From contig NC_043021.1 in NCBI RefSeq assembly GCF_006345805.1, positions 15,066,001 through 15,130,000 of the forward strand: DNA of 64,000 nucleotides. The letters are read 5' to 3'. A program made the translations under genes and the position numbers. Under the pieces are notes generated by a model. That model was not told the DNA's origin. It made no database searches and worked only from the letters and a program-made list of their open reading frames with translations. The DNA comes from Octopus sinensis. Taxonomy: Eukaryota. Of this stretch, positions 51,105-63,298 are shown in pieces. The first letter of the stretch is position 1. Every line of letters begins with the position of its first letter.

Positions 51105-51319
51105 GTGAGTTTTGATTGAAAGGAATGTGATTTTGAAGATGTGGAAGGCAGGAGAAGGGGAAAAAAAAGGAAATAACATATAAGAAAGAAAGCCTGAAAC
51201 TCAATCTTGTTAAATATCAAATTTCGGCATGGTTAAATATATCAAAGAATTTCACTTCTACAAGAGAAATCTGAAGAATATTCTTTAGGAAATTCAACTT
51301 CTTGGTCTCTATTCATTAT

Positions 51320-51745
51320 TCTTCTTTATCATCATCATCATCATCTTCATCATAATCCTCGTCGTCGTTGTCATCATCATTGTCATTGTTGTTGTCATCG
51401 TCATCATCATCGTTGTTATCATTGTCATAATCATCATCATCATCATTGTTATCGTCATCGTCGTCATCATCATTATTGTCATTGTCATAATCATCATCAT
51501 CATCATCATCATTGTCGTCATTATTATAATCATCATCATCATCCTCATCATCATTGTTATCATCGTCGTCGTCGTCGTCATCATCATCATTGTTGTCGTC
51601 ATCATCATTATCATCATTGTCACAATCACCATCATCATCATCATCATTGTTGTCGTTATTGTAATCATCAACATCATCATCCTCATCATCATTGTTATCA
51701 TTGTCGTCATCGTTGTCATCGTCATTGTCATCATCTTCATCATTG
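51320..51745. repeat. Degenerate (CAT/CGT/TGT)n array (similar array at 50420-50690)
   Basis: Direct inspection. Confidence 0.9.
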
Positions 51746-51819
51746 TTTTAGCATTCACTTTTCTATGCTTGCATAGGTTGGATAGAGCTTATTAAAACAC
51801 ATTTTCTATGACCAGATGC

Positions 51820-52167
51820 CCTTCCTGTCACCAACACTATTTCCCCAACTTCTCTGGACAGTCTCCTTGTTTAAGTTGGTGAATGCTGCCATAATCCTTG
51901 CCTTCAGTTCATCTTTGGTGTTACAAGGAGTTTTGTTGGTCTCTCGCTCAACTGTGCCCCACACATAATAATTAAGGGGATTGCAGTCTGGGGAGTTAGG
52001 TGGACCAGATATTAGGAGTGATGTGGTTGCAGAAATTGTCTGACAGCCATGACTGGGTTCTCCTGCTTGTGTGGCATGGTGCAGAGTCCAGTTGCCAGAC
52101 ATAGGGTCTTCCATCATCATCATCATATCATCATCATCATATCATAAATCATCATCATCCTCATCAT

Positions 52168-52253
<86 letters not shown>

Positions 52254-52520
52254 GTCATCATCATCCTCATCATCATCATCACCATCATCATATCATCATC
52301 ATCACCTTTATCATCATCGTCATCATTGTCGTAGGGTCTTCCAGCAGTTACCCCCTTGTCCCAGGGTAGCACTACCTCCTTCAGGCACTCGATGTAGGCC
52401 TCAGTGTTAAGTTTGACGCTGTATGGGAAGATGAATGGAGGTATAACGTTGCCATCATTAGTGATCACTTCAAACAGTGGGACGTTGACTGGGTGTTTGA
52501 TTTTTATCACTCTCAATGCA
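51820..52520 (-). mobile_element. maT/DD37D-type Tc1-mariner transposase relic, split by a (CAT)n insertion
   Basis: Rejoined reading ...PPFIFP...NTEAYIECLKEVVLPW..GRPY|VWQLDSAPCH...PPNSPDCNPLNYYVWG. There are 37 residues between the second D and the third catalytic position (now N), after correcting one frameshift. Confidence 0.85.
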
Positions 52521-53550
52521 TGTCCTCAGATTGCACTGTCCTCAGACTGACACCCAAGCACACTGAAATGTTCATACTGGAGCTTCTGGTGTGAATGCCA
52601 AGCAGTACAGCATGTCGTTACCAAATTTCTGGCAGAGTGAGTTGCATGATGGTGCTGCTTTCCTCACAGACAGTACCCAACTGACCCTACTATACTGTGT
52701 AGTCAACAAAAACAAACAGTGTGCATGCACAAAATTAAAAATATATAATGGTGACAATTTACCCATCGCACCGTGTATATATTCTTTTATTATTTTACTT
52801 GTTTCAGTCATTTGATGGTGGCCATGCTGGAGCACTGCCTTTAGTCGAGCAAATCGACCTTAGGACTTATTCATTGTAAACCTAGTATTTATTCTAATGG
52901 TCTCTTTTGCTGAACTGCTAAGTTACGGGGATGTAAAGGTACCAGCATCGGTTGTCAAGCAATGTTGGAGGAACAAACATATACACACACATACATATAT
53001 ATACATACATATATATATCATCATCATCATCATCATCGTTTAGCATCCGCTTTCCATGCTAGCATGGGTTGGATGGTTCAACTGGGGTCTGGGAAGCCAG
53101 AAGGCTGCACCAGGCCCAGTCTGATCTGGCAATGTTTCTATGGCTGGATGCCCTTCCTAAAGCCAACCACTCCGCGAGTGTAGTAGGTGCTTTTTACGTG
53201 CCACCGGCACAGGCGGCAGACGAGGCTGGCAACTGGCCATGATCGGATGGTGCTTTTTACGTGTGTATATATATATATATATATATGTATATAGGGCAAG
53301 CTTCTTTCAGTTTCTGTCTACTCACAAGGCTTTGGTCAGCCTGAGGCTATTAGTGAAATTATAATTTACTCGCTGAGCAAAAGCTGCAGTTTATGCGGGA
53401 TTGCTTGTAACACACACGTGGGTATTAAGGATAAATATGTGTTCACATTCTGCTGTATAATTTTGGGAGTGTGGTTGAATATCAGTTATGCGATGGTGCT
53501 TGATTGCGTACATATTTAGTCCTACACTCTCAAATTTATATTTCAAAATG

Positions 53551-53612
53551 CTACACTGAAGATGAGAAATAAGTAAGTATAACTTTACTTTAATCTCAAA
53601 ATGCGTATGTAG
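53551..53612 (+). ncRNA. Decayed hammerhead motif (probably inactive)
   Basis: CUACA-CUGAAGA-U-GAGA...UCUC-AAAAU-GC-GUA-UGUAG; differs from GAAAC at two CpG-type positions; stem I CUACA/UGUAG is perfect. Confidence 0.5.
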
Positions 53613-53825
53613 TTAATCTGAGTCATATGGATTCATTATTTTTCCTTTTTGCCTTCGTAAAAAAGTGTGTTACTGTCTCGGAGATCTTTATGGTAGTAGA
53701 GAAGGCTTTAGCGTCTATTTCTATTTCAATGCATGGCGAAGCAATTAGCTGACCTCTGATTATAATTATATATGTAATAAGATAAATAATATATATATAT
53801 ATATATGTGCATCTCTCTCTCTCTG

Positions 53826-54160
53826 TATCCGCTCAGTCGAAGTCGACTCTCGGTCACTCGTTGGATCAGCGTCCTCCAGTCAGTTCTATCCTGGGCCGCT
53901 TCTTTCAGATTGGCTATGTCCATTCTGGTATCACTCTTGATGGTGTCAAGCCAGTGGGTTTTTGGTCGGCCTCTTCCTCTCTTGCCTCTGACCATTCCGA
54001 GTATGATGTCCTTCTCCAGGGATTTTCTCCGCATAATATGACCGAAATATGCCAATCTATGCTTGGTGATCCCAGCTTCTAGCGGCATTTTCGGCCTTAT
54101 CTGCTTAAGAACTTCTCCATTGGTGAGCCTCGTTGTCCATGGAATCTGTAAAAGTCTATA
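53826..54160 (-). mobile_element. 5'-truncated RTE (BovB-like) LINE 3' end with an open C-terminal frame
   Basis: YRLLQIPWTTRLTNGEVLKQI...LAYFGHIMRR...GKRGRGRPKTHWLDTIK...AQDRTDWR. Confidence 0.9.
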
Positions 54161-54161
54161 C

Positions 54162-54226
<65 letters not shown>

Positions 54227-54833
54227 AAATAGTTCATGTTCCGTGTACTCATGCTTCATACTTTTCTGTTGTACACGTTTTGTGATGTCCTGTGCCCACA
54301 TATGCATATATATATACAATGAAAGACACAAATGGAAAACAAGCCAAACAACATAAGGAACGACCCATCAGTTGTTGGCTGTTTTTCTAGTTGTGTATTT
54401 CGAGCATTTAACAACAATATACGCTTTCGATAAAGCAGTTGCTCCCGCAAAGCAAATTATATAAAATTTGGGGTTTTGCAGAGAATCAAAATTGGTAACA
54501 CAAACAGGAAAGTGAAAAAAAAACAGGAAGGGCTGCTAAGCCTAAATGAGGTGGTGGTGGTGAACGTGTAAATCAAGCTAGGACAGGAGACAAACAGGAA
54601 CATGTCTTCCTTGTTCCAGTTGCAATGAGGAGAAAGAAAGATGGCTGATGGTCACGTGGGAGCCACGTGAGCAAGGGAAGAGGAGTGAGGGAGAGAGAGT
54701 GACAGAGTGATAGAATAGTGGGAGAAGAGGAAGTAAAAGAATAAGAGAGAGAAAAAGAGAGAAAAACGAAAGAATAAAAAGATTGTGTATATTTGTATAT
54801 TTATATATATATATACACACAGATATGTTTATG

Positions 54834-54883
<50 letters not shown>

Positions 54884-54884
54884 G

Positions 54885-54990
54885 GCACATATTCACAAGG
54901 AGAAACATTCCAATACACTACTATGAAAATGCCATTTATTTGTGTGGATCTCAAACAGAACCACTTATCACAATAGCAGACATTGTGGAG
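54885..54990 (+). CDS. Candidate exon [35 protein letters not shown] (alternative acceptor at 54959)
   Basis: gcag acceptor directly after (TA)n (weak), donor GAG|gtcaga; 35 open codons; TPR-like flavour only. Confidence 0.2.
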
Positions 54991-55715
54991 GTCAGATTAC
55001 TTTGTGCTGTTGTTGCATTTTTCCCAGGCTCACACCCTATTCAACGTGTGTCATTACATAATATGTATTATATAATATATAATGCATATGTATACATATA
55101 TATATACGTTATATACATGTGTCTGTGCATGTATTTGTGTGTGTGTATATATATATACATATATATATATTAGTATATATATAATTGTATTTATATGTGT
55201 GTGTATACATGCATATATATATACGTATATATACGTGTATATATGCATACATGTGTATATAAATGTATATCTGTATAACAAATATATATGTGTGTGTGTG
55301 TTTGTGTGTGTGTATATATATAGTAATCTCTCGCCATATTGCAGTTCACCTATCGCGGTTTATTATTTAAGCTTATACCAATTCCTATCATGGTGTTGTT
55401 TTGCATTTATAATAAAATAAATATATATAAATGGTGGTGCCCCAGCATGGCCACAGCTTGTGAGCTGAAACTAGATAAAAATAATAAAAAAATACAAATT
55501 ATAACAATAATTAAAAAATATATACAAGGCAGTACTGTTTCAACTTTGCATCATCACCTTTATCATCATTGTCATCATTGTCGTTGTTGTTGTTGTCATC
55601 ATCATCATCATTGTCATCATCATTGTCGTCATTATTGCCATCATCATCATCATCATCGTCATCATCATCAAGACTTTGCCTTTCATCCTTTTACAGTTGA
55701 TAAAATTTTTAACAG

Positions 55716-55944
55716 GCGGCGAGCTGGCAGAAACGTTAGCACGCCGGGCGAAATGCATAGGCGTATTTCGTCTGCCGTTACGTTCCGAGTTCAAATTCCG
55801 CCGAGGTCGACTTTGCCTTTCATCCTTTCGGGGTCGATAAATTAAGTACCAGTTACGCACTGGGGTCAATATAATCGACTTAATCCTTTGTCTGTCCTTG
55901 TTTGTCCTCTCTCTGTTTAGCCCCTTGTGGGTAGTAAAGTAATA
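55716..55944 (+). mobile_element. Young SINE family A copy inserted into an older SINE
   Basis: TSD gataaaat(t/a)tttaacag at 55699-55715 and 55945-55961. Confidence 0.88.
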
Positions 55945-56717
55945 GATAAAATATTTAACAGTGGAGCACTGGGGGCTGATATGACCAACTAGCCCCCCCC
56001 TCCTGCATATTTCAGGCCTTGTGCCTATAATAGAAAGGATTATTATTGCTTGCTGGTCATTTCTGCCCTGAGTTTGGAGAGAAGAGACTTGTAGCACAGA
56101 CAATTGTTGGTCAGCCATGAAACAAAAACCTTACCCAAGCCCTGTATCCTGCATAGAAACCTACGAGGTGCAGATATATAGTGAACCCCCTCTGTCAAAG
56201 AGATTAAGGTGCTGAACCCAAAGTGAGGAATCTTTTTTCTGTTGGAAGGCTGCATTGAAAAAGAAATTGAGGGTGGAGAGGGAAGTGCTGCCCTCAAGTG
56301 GATGAAAGTTGCAAAAATGGCAAGAGTGGATGGTACCTCTCTAAGTGTGGACCTGTGACCCTATCACTATTTCAGGCTTGATAAAATAGCATCCAGTGTT
56401 ATTTGACTGGTCTCTCCATCTCTGAAATTACTTGGCTTGTGCCATAATTTGTAACCGTTTTGGATGATATATCAACCAGGTATTCTCTCCCCTACTTTTA
56501 GCATTTCAGCACTGATGGCAACTGTGCTGAAGCCTTCACAGTGTTTTATTCATTTCATTGCTTTATATACTTCTTGTTCATTTCTTCTTTCATTATTCCA
56601 CATCATACAAATCATCCATGGATTTCTGATATTATTTCAGAGTTGTGTGCTGGAAACTTAGTGTTAAGATGTTTGAAATAATCTTTACAACACCAAAGTA
56701 CAATGGTTGTTTTGTGC

Positions 56718-56767
<50 letters not shown>

Positions 56768-56792
56768 TATATGTATATGTATATATATATAT

Positions 56793-56847
<55 letters not shown>

Positions 56848-56906
56848 TATATATATATATGTTATATTATATATATATATATATATCTATATATATATAT
56901 GTATAT

Positions 56907-56967
<61 letters not shown>

Positions 56968-56993
56968 TATATATATATGTATATATATATGTG

Positions 56994-57028
<35 letters not shown>

Positions 57029-57098
57029 TCTCTTTTACTCTTTTACTTGTTTCAGTCATTTGACTGTGGCCATGCTGGAGCATATATATATATATTAT

Positions 57099-57154
<56 letters not shown>

Positions 57155-57683
57155 GATGATGATGATATATGTTGCTGTCTTTGATTACACTGTAATATTT
57201 TTTCTGCTCTTTCTCTCCGTTTCATCAAGCGACTTGACTTGAAAAGGTCGTAACCATTATTGTTCTTGGAATCAGTTCTTCTGTTTGTTCTGTTTTACCT
57301 TTTAGGTTTTTGTCCTTTTCTATTTCTATTGCTATTTTTGACTGTTTTGCTTAATTCTTTAGCATCATTCACCTTTGACAATGTCGTCTGGGTCGTTCAG
57401 AATTTCTCTACTAACATCTTCCACCTTTGTTCCCAAACTGTCTCTGCCTCTTATGGTAAGCCCGTCATCAGCTTCCGAACCAAGATTTCAAGATGGTTGT
57501 TTCTTTTGTTATTTTGTTTGTTGTTTATTTGAGACATGGCTATGTGGCAAGAAGCTTGCTTCCCAACCGCATGGTTCTGGGTTCAGTCCCACTGCATAGC
57601 ACTTTGGGCAAGTGTCATCTACTATGGCCTCAGGCAGACCAAAGCTTTGTGAGTGGATATACTAGATTGAAACTGAAAAAACT

Positions 57684-57727
<44 letters not shown>

Positions 57728-58199
57728 CATACATATGTATATATGTATATGGTTCTATTCAATTTGACGGCCAGATTTTTTAATTCATTTTTTCTAACTA
57801 AACACTTTGAAACTTCAGAGACTGGTAGAATGTGTCACATAGAACAGGTTTTACTCTTAACGCTTTTGACATAATTTTGTATTTTAGAAGTTATTTCGTG
57901 TTAAAGTTGTCGCATTGGGTAATTTTAACCAATCAATGACATGTATTCAGCTGAAGAAAATTACTGCTGCAGTTTGCAAACAACTTCTGGGTCCTGCGCA
58001 ATTGAATTAACACCTGCATGATTTTCACTAAGAAAAAAAAACACACAAATATATATATATATATATATATATACATATGAGATTCAGTTGAATTTAGGTA
58101 CTTAACTTGAAGCACTAAGTTAGTGCGGTATTATCCATACAACTCAAAGGTGAATAAAATCAAAATAAGCCACAGGATATCAAGAGGTGATGCAGTACG

Positions 58200-58510
58200 A
58201 CCATTTCAAAATCCTTGAAAAGTTATTCAAAATTTTCATCAAAATTCTTGAAAAAGCTTTTCAAAATTTTCATTAACATCCTGGAAAACTTTTTCCAAAT
58301 TTTCATCAAAATCCTTGAAAAAGTTTCTCCAAATTTTCATCAAAACGTTTGATGAAGATCTTTGATCAAAATGATTCATGAAAATGTTAGATGAAGATGT
58401 TCAACGAAAATGTTTGGTGAAAATGTTTCATGAAAATGGTTCACGAAAATGTTTGATGAAATTATTTGACGAAAGTGTTTGATGAAGACGTATGATAAAA
58501 ATGTTTGACC
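58200..58510. repeat. Bipartite degenerate repeat: ~33-bp units, then inverted ~13-bp units, around a central hairpin
   Basis: ttcatcaaa-acg-tttgatgaa at 58336-58356. Confidence 0.7.
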
Positions 58511-58899
58511 TGAGTTTGCACCCCCTAAGCAAATCCTGTTCCCGGGTCACTGGCCTGTTTATTAGTCCCAATGTGCCACAAACATATTTGAAGAGAGATG
58601 TATTTAACCCTTTGAATACCAACCACCTGTGATTGGTTCTGGTTCTATGACACAAATTTCCTTGTTTTAAAATGATGCAAATCAACAAGAGCCGTGGACT
58701 GACCAATGCTTTCTGAGTAAATTTGATAGATGGAAACTGTGTGGAAGCATTTATGCATTTATACATATCACTGCTTAGGGTTAGGGTTCATAATACATGG
58801 TTAATTACTTCATAATACATGGTTAATTCAAAACAATGTGAATAAAATAAGCATGGCATTTGACAGAGTAATCTGGATGCTGAAGGGTTAAATCTGCTT

Positions 58900-59130
58900 T
58901 TGAAATGATCTGGCAGAAGGCTCTATGGAAGGTAACGACAGCAACAGGTGTAAAGCTCTAGAGAGTGTGGATTACACGGGGGCTATACAACAATACTGAT
59001 GGTACAATGATGATGGAGGATTAGCTGACAGATTGGTTTGAAGTATGCATAGGTATCAGACAAGGTTGTCTGCTCTGTCCACTGTTTTCGTAATTTTTTG
59101 GGTGTGGGGAATTTGTCATGAAAAAGCTGA
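58900..59130 (+). mobile_element. Decayed LINE reverse transcriptase fragment
   Basis: TDWFEVCIGIRQGCLLCPLF resembles the RT motif GVRQGCxLSPxLF. Confidence 0.75.
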
Positions 59131-60604
59131 AAGATGTGGATAACTGCTCTTCAAAAATATTAAATATGGCAATAACACAACCCTACATGTGTGTGTGTGT
59201 GTGTGTGTGTCTGTATACATGTGTGTCTTTATGCATGTGTGCATGCTCTTGTCTTTACATCATGTGATGATTGTAAATGAGTGTCACCGTCATACAAGCG
59301 GTGTTGTTCATGTTCCATGCAAAACATGTCTGGCCTTAGGGAAATGTTACTTCCCTTGGAAATGGATGAGGGTTGGCAACAACCCTCAGTGCATCTGAGC
59401 ATTGTATACAATAAGTTCATTTATATTATAACAAGAAGGACGTCTAACCTTAGAAACTCCATCTTAAAGCATTCTCTTTCCCATGGAAACATGGAAAACT
59501 GAGCATGGCGATGACGACGACGACGGTGACGACAATGTCTTGTACTTTTAATCAACTGTTTACAATATAATCATACATTAACAAATAGATTTTATTCTCA
59601 TTTATAATCATCAATGAACCAAACTGGTGGATAGTAGCAACTCACAAGAAGCTACCATCGTTTACTCAATCAGCAGGTGGTAGTTTAATCAACAAGACCG
59701 AGAATAATGTAGTCTCTACTATAAAAAAAAAAAAAAAAAACAATAGCTGAACATGAAAAATATATAATGGTAGCCATTCCTGTTTACTCTGCATGAGTCT
59801 TTGGCTTTGACTACTATTACAGTCTTTCTTCTCTTGTCTGATGGTCTTCATTTTTTTCATCTTTCTCTGAGAGATTGTCGTGCACCTAAGCAAGTTAAAT
59901 GTTTGTGATATGAGACTTCCTGAAACCACCCTCGGTTCTGTCATACAAATTCCCTGTTTTAAAGCAATCTAAATTATAGCCTTCCATCGAAATTTTATGT
60001 TCAAAATACCAACTTAATAATTGACAAAGCTCTTCTAATAAATTCTTCGTTATTTTTCCAAATTAATTGAAACAAAGACAGTGTGTTTTGAAAGAAATAG
60101 TTAACAAAAGGGTTAACCCCTTTGATACAAATTCTCTGCTTTTAAAGTGATCAAAATCAAAACTTCCCATCAAAATTTCATAGATTCATGTTTCATAATT
60201 TTTGTTCCAAGCCCGAGCTTATAAATGACCAAGTAATTTCACTATATTTGTCATTATTTTCAAAATTAAATGAAATATGATATCAAAAAGGTCAACTCCT
60301 TTGATTCTAACCTGCCTGAGACCAAAAGAAGCTTTGGTTCTGTAATAGAAGTTTCCTTGTTTTAAAGTGATCTAAATGAAGACCTTCCATCAAAATTTTA
60401 TGTTAATTCATGTTCCAAACACCAGCTTAATAATAATATTAATAGGGTGTCCAACCCATGCTAGCATGGAAAACAGACGCTAAACGATGATGATGATGAT
60501 GATGATGATTTACTAAATTTCTAATTATTTTCAAAATTAATTGAAACAAAAGCAGTTCTAATATGAGGAGCTTACTTTCAAAACCAGTAGAAGTGCATAT
60601 CTTA

Positions 60605-61015
60605 TTTCTTATTTCTTTATTGCCCACAAGGGGCTAAACATAGAGGGGACAAACAAGGACAGACAAATGGATTAAGTTGATTATATCGACCCCAGTGCGT
60701 AACTGGTACTTAATTTATCAACCCCGAAAGGATGAAAAGCAAAGTCGACCTCAGCGGAATTTGAACTCAGAACATAATGGCAGACGAAATACCTATTTCT
60801 TTACTACCCACAAGAGGCTAAACACAGAGGGGACAAACAAGGACAGACAAACGGATTAAGTCGATTATATCGACCCCATAGTGTAACTGGTACTTATTTT
60901 ATTGACCCCAAAAGGATGAAAAGCAAAGTCGACCTTGGCAGAATTTGAACTCAGAATGCAACAGTGGACGAAATACCACAAAGCATTTCGCCCGGCGTGC
61001 TAAGGTTTCTGCTCA
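60605..61015 (-). mobile_element. SINE family A dimer
   Basis: Junction gacgaaatacc|tatttctttactacc at 60783-60808. Confidence 0.85.
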
Positions 61016-61378
61016 CTGCCTTGCATATCTGGTTGATTTCATGATAACCATTAAAACACAATTTACTTCATGCACATGAAATTTATTTTCAGTCAAACTG
61101 GGATAGATGCCATACAGACAGTAGGCAAATCTTAGTCTTCCAATCAAAATCAGAAATATTCAAGTTGTTTCCTCAATTACTCAAAAATCCTTCTGGTGCA
61201 TATCTCTACTTTCGAAAGTAAGTTCTTCATATATAAAAATCGATCTCACTTGGTATGTATTGTTTTGAGTATAAGCATATGCAATAAATACAGATTGCTG
61301 TTGTAAACTTATTTATAATAATCTAATTTTTAGTAATATAACATCCAGCAATTGTCTGCCATTATATTTTCATTCCAG

Positions 61379-61415
61379 GATCCTTGTAAGCCAGTTTCAT
61401 AGATTTGGTATCCAG
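61379..61415 (+). CDS. Candidate 37-nt micro-exon (ILVSQFHRFGIQ)
   Basis: Acceptor ttttcattccag, donor CAG|gtaaaa; one open frame. Confidence 0.25.
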
Positions 61416-63066
61416 GTAAAATCTCCCTCTTTGTTCATTACTAACTGCACCAAAATTTTCAAAGTAAAAATCCAGGTGTGACTATAAGAAATGTAATTTA
61501 GATGTCTTGTGAAAACCCAGGTAATGAATAGCACTTGTTAGAGCGAACAAAATGCTTGTGGTTTATGTTTCAATTCGCTATTCTTTGAGTTCAAATCCCA
61601 TTGCAGACATCTTTGCCCTTCACCATTTCGGGGCCCCGTAAAATAAAGTAGCAATCCAAGACAATGGATGGAAAGAATTGTTAGAAGAGCAGATGAGACA
61701 TGCTTTGTGGTATTTGTTCTGGCATTATGAGTTCTGTGTTCTTTGATGGTAGTTTGCATCCTTTACCCAGTTTGACTCCGCCACCTGATCCTTGGGTGCC
61801 TTTGGCTGGGTATCTTCTGTTGCAAGTATTTAGGGCAGGCCTATAATTTGAGAATACTATCCTCCCTTTTTCCTAACAGACTTGGAGGCCCCTGGAAAAA
61901 TAAAGGGCTATGAATGCTGTCATTTCCTTCTAAAAATAAATAGCTAATACGAAAAGAAAAAATGCCTTTCATTACTTCAATCAGTTTCTCAATTGGGAAA
62001 CCTGTAATTCCTTGAGAAATTGGCACTGACTGATTTGAAGAAATGTCAAGCTTTTAGCAGTCAGGTTCTGTGAGTGCATCATCAAAGGGTTTATCTTTTA
62101 ATCCTTCTTTGATTACAGGCATTAATAGCTCCCTCTTTAATTTTGGCTTGAAATTTTAGCATCAGGCCAGCAATTTGCGGGGAGGGGTGAGTCAATCCAC
62201 TAGTTCTTATTTTATTAAACCCAAAAGGATGAAAGGCAAAGCTGATCTCAGCAGAATTTGAATTCAAAGCACGAAGCCTGACAAAATGCCACTAAACATT
62301 TTGCCTGGTGTGCTAACGATTCTGCTTGCTCAATTCCCTCGTTAATTTTAGCAGCATTCAATTTTGGAAAATATTTTTCTGAGACACTGAAATCTTTTTG
62401 AAATTCTAAACCCATATTTGTATGTAATATCTTCATTAAACCATGCTTAATGTGAAGAAATGGTCAAAAATTGTCTTCTTTGATCAACTATAAGAATTGA
62501 TTGAATATTATTTCTTCCAATAACATAGGAAAACTCAGTTGGCCATTGTCTTCCATTATAATGTTCTGTAATAACACAACAGTAGAAACCATTAGTACTT
62601 AGTCAATACCCCCGCTGTTGTATGTCCATTAACATAGCAGTTACTTTAAGAACTCCACAAAGATTCCACTGGTGACCATTATATTAACACGTATCTCCTT
62701 GTTAATATGAAATTCTATGAAATATAGCAAATAAGTGATAGGAATAGATGGTTTTAAATTTTCATTGTGTAATAAAACAGCTTTTTAAAATTCATAGTGA
62801 TGAGTCTATAAAATGTTGCCATTTGCTACCAGCAAGCCATTCAGATAAAATTTCAAAGAATCCATAAAATTATGACAATAACAGTTGACCATTCTCTGTG
62901 GAACAAACTGCAAAATCAAAACTTTTGCTTTCTATCATAGTCTAGATATACTTTTTACATTTTCTTCAAGCAAGTACCTTTCTTTCAAATGATATTTTGA
63001 GAAGCAGTATGTTTGCCTTATTGTCTGAGAGTTCTAAATCCTTCGCAAGAATTCTGTAACATTTTT

Positions 63067-63298
63067 AAGGCGGTGAGCTGGCAGAATCGTTAGCAGGCCA
63101 GGCGAAATGTTTAGCAGTATTTTGTCTGTCTTTAAATTCTGAGTTCAAATTCTGCCAAGGTTGACTTAGCCTTTAATCCTTTCGGGGTCGCTTAAATAAG
63201 TACCAGTTACGCATTGTGGTCGATATAATCGACTTAATCCCTTTGTCTGTCCTTGTTTGCCCCGTCTATGTTTAGCCCCTTGTGGGCAATAAAGAAAT
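63067..63298 (+). mobile_element. SINE family A with ~20-bp TSD
   Basis: aagaatt(c/g)tgtaacattttt at 63047-63066 and 63299-63318. Confidence 0.85.

Noticed and set aside
54395-54452. gagc/gctc stem next to tatttcg in a PLE-looking fragment
   Set aside because: No recognisable CUGANGA core on either strand.
57241-57495. Minus-strand exon-like or hammerhead-like segment (CUGAUGAC..., AAG|gtgaat donor)
   Set aside because: No polypyrimidine acceptor, in-frame stops and no GAAA core; more likely decayed TE coding sequence.
62420-63040. Possible ancient LINE RT remnant on the minus strand
   Set aside because: Only faint motif echoes by eye; needs a profile search before it can be called.
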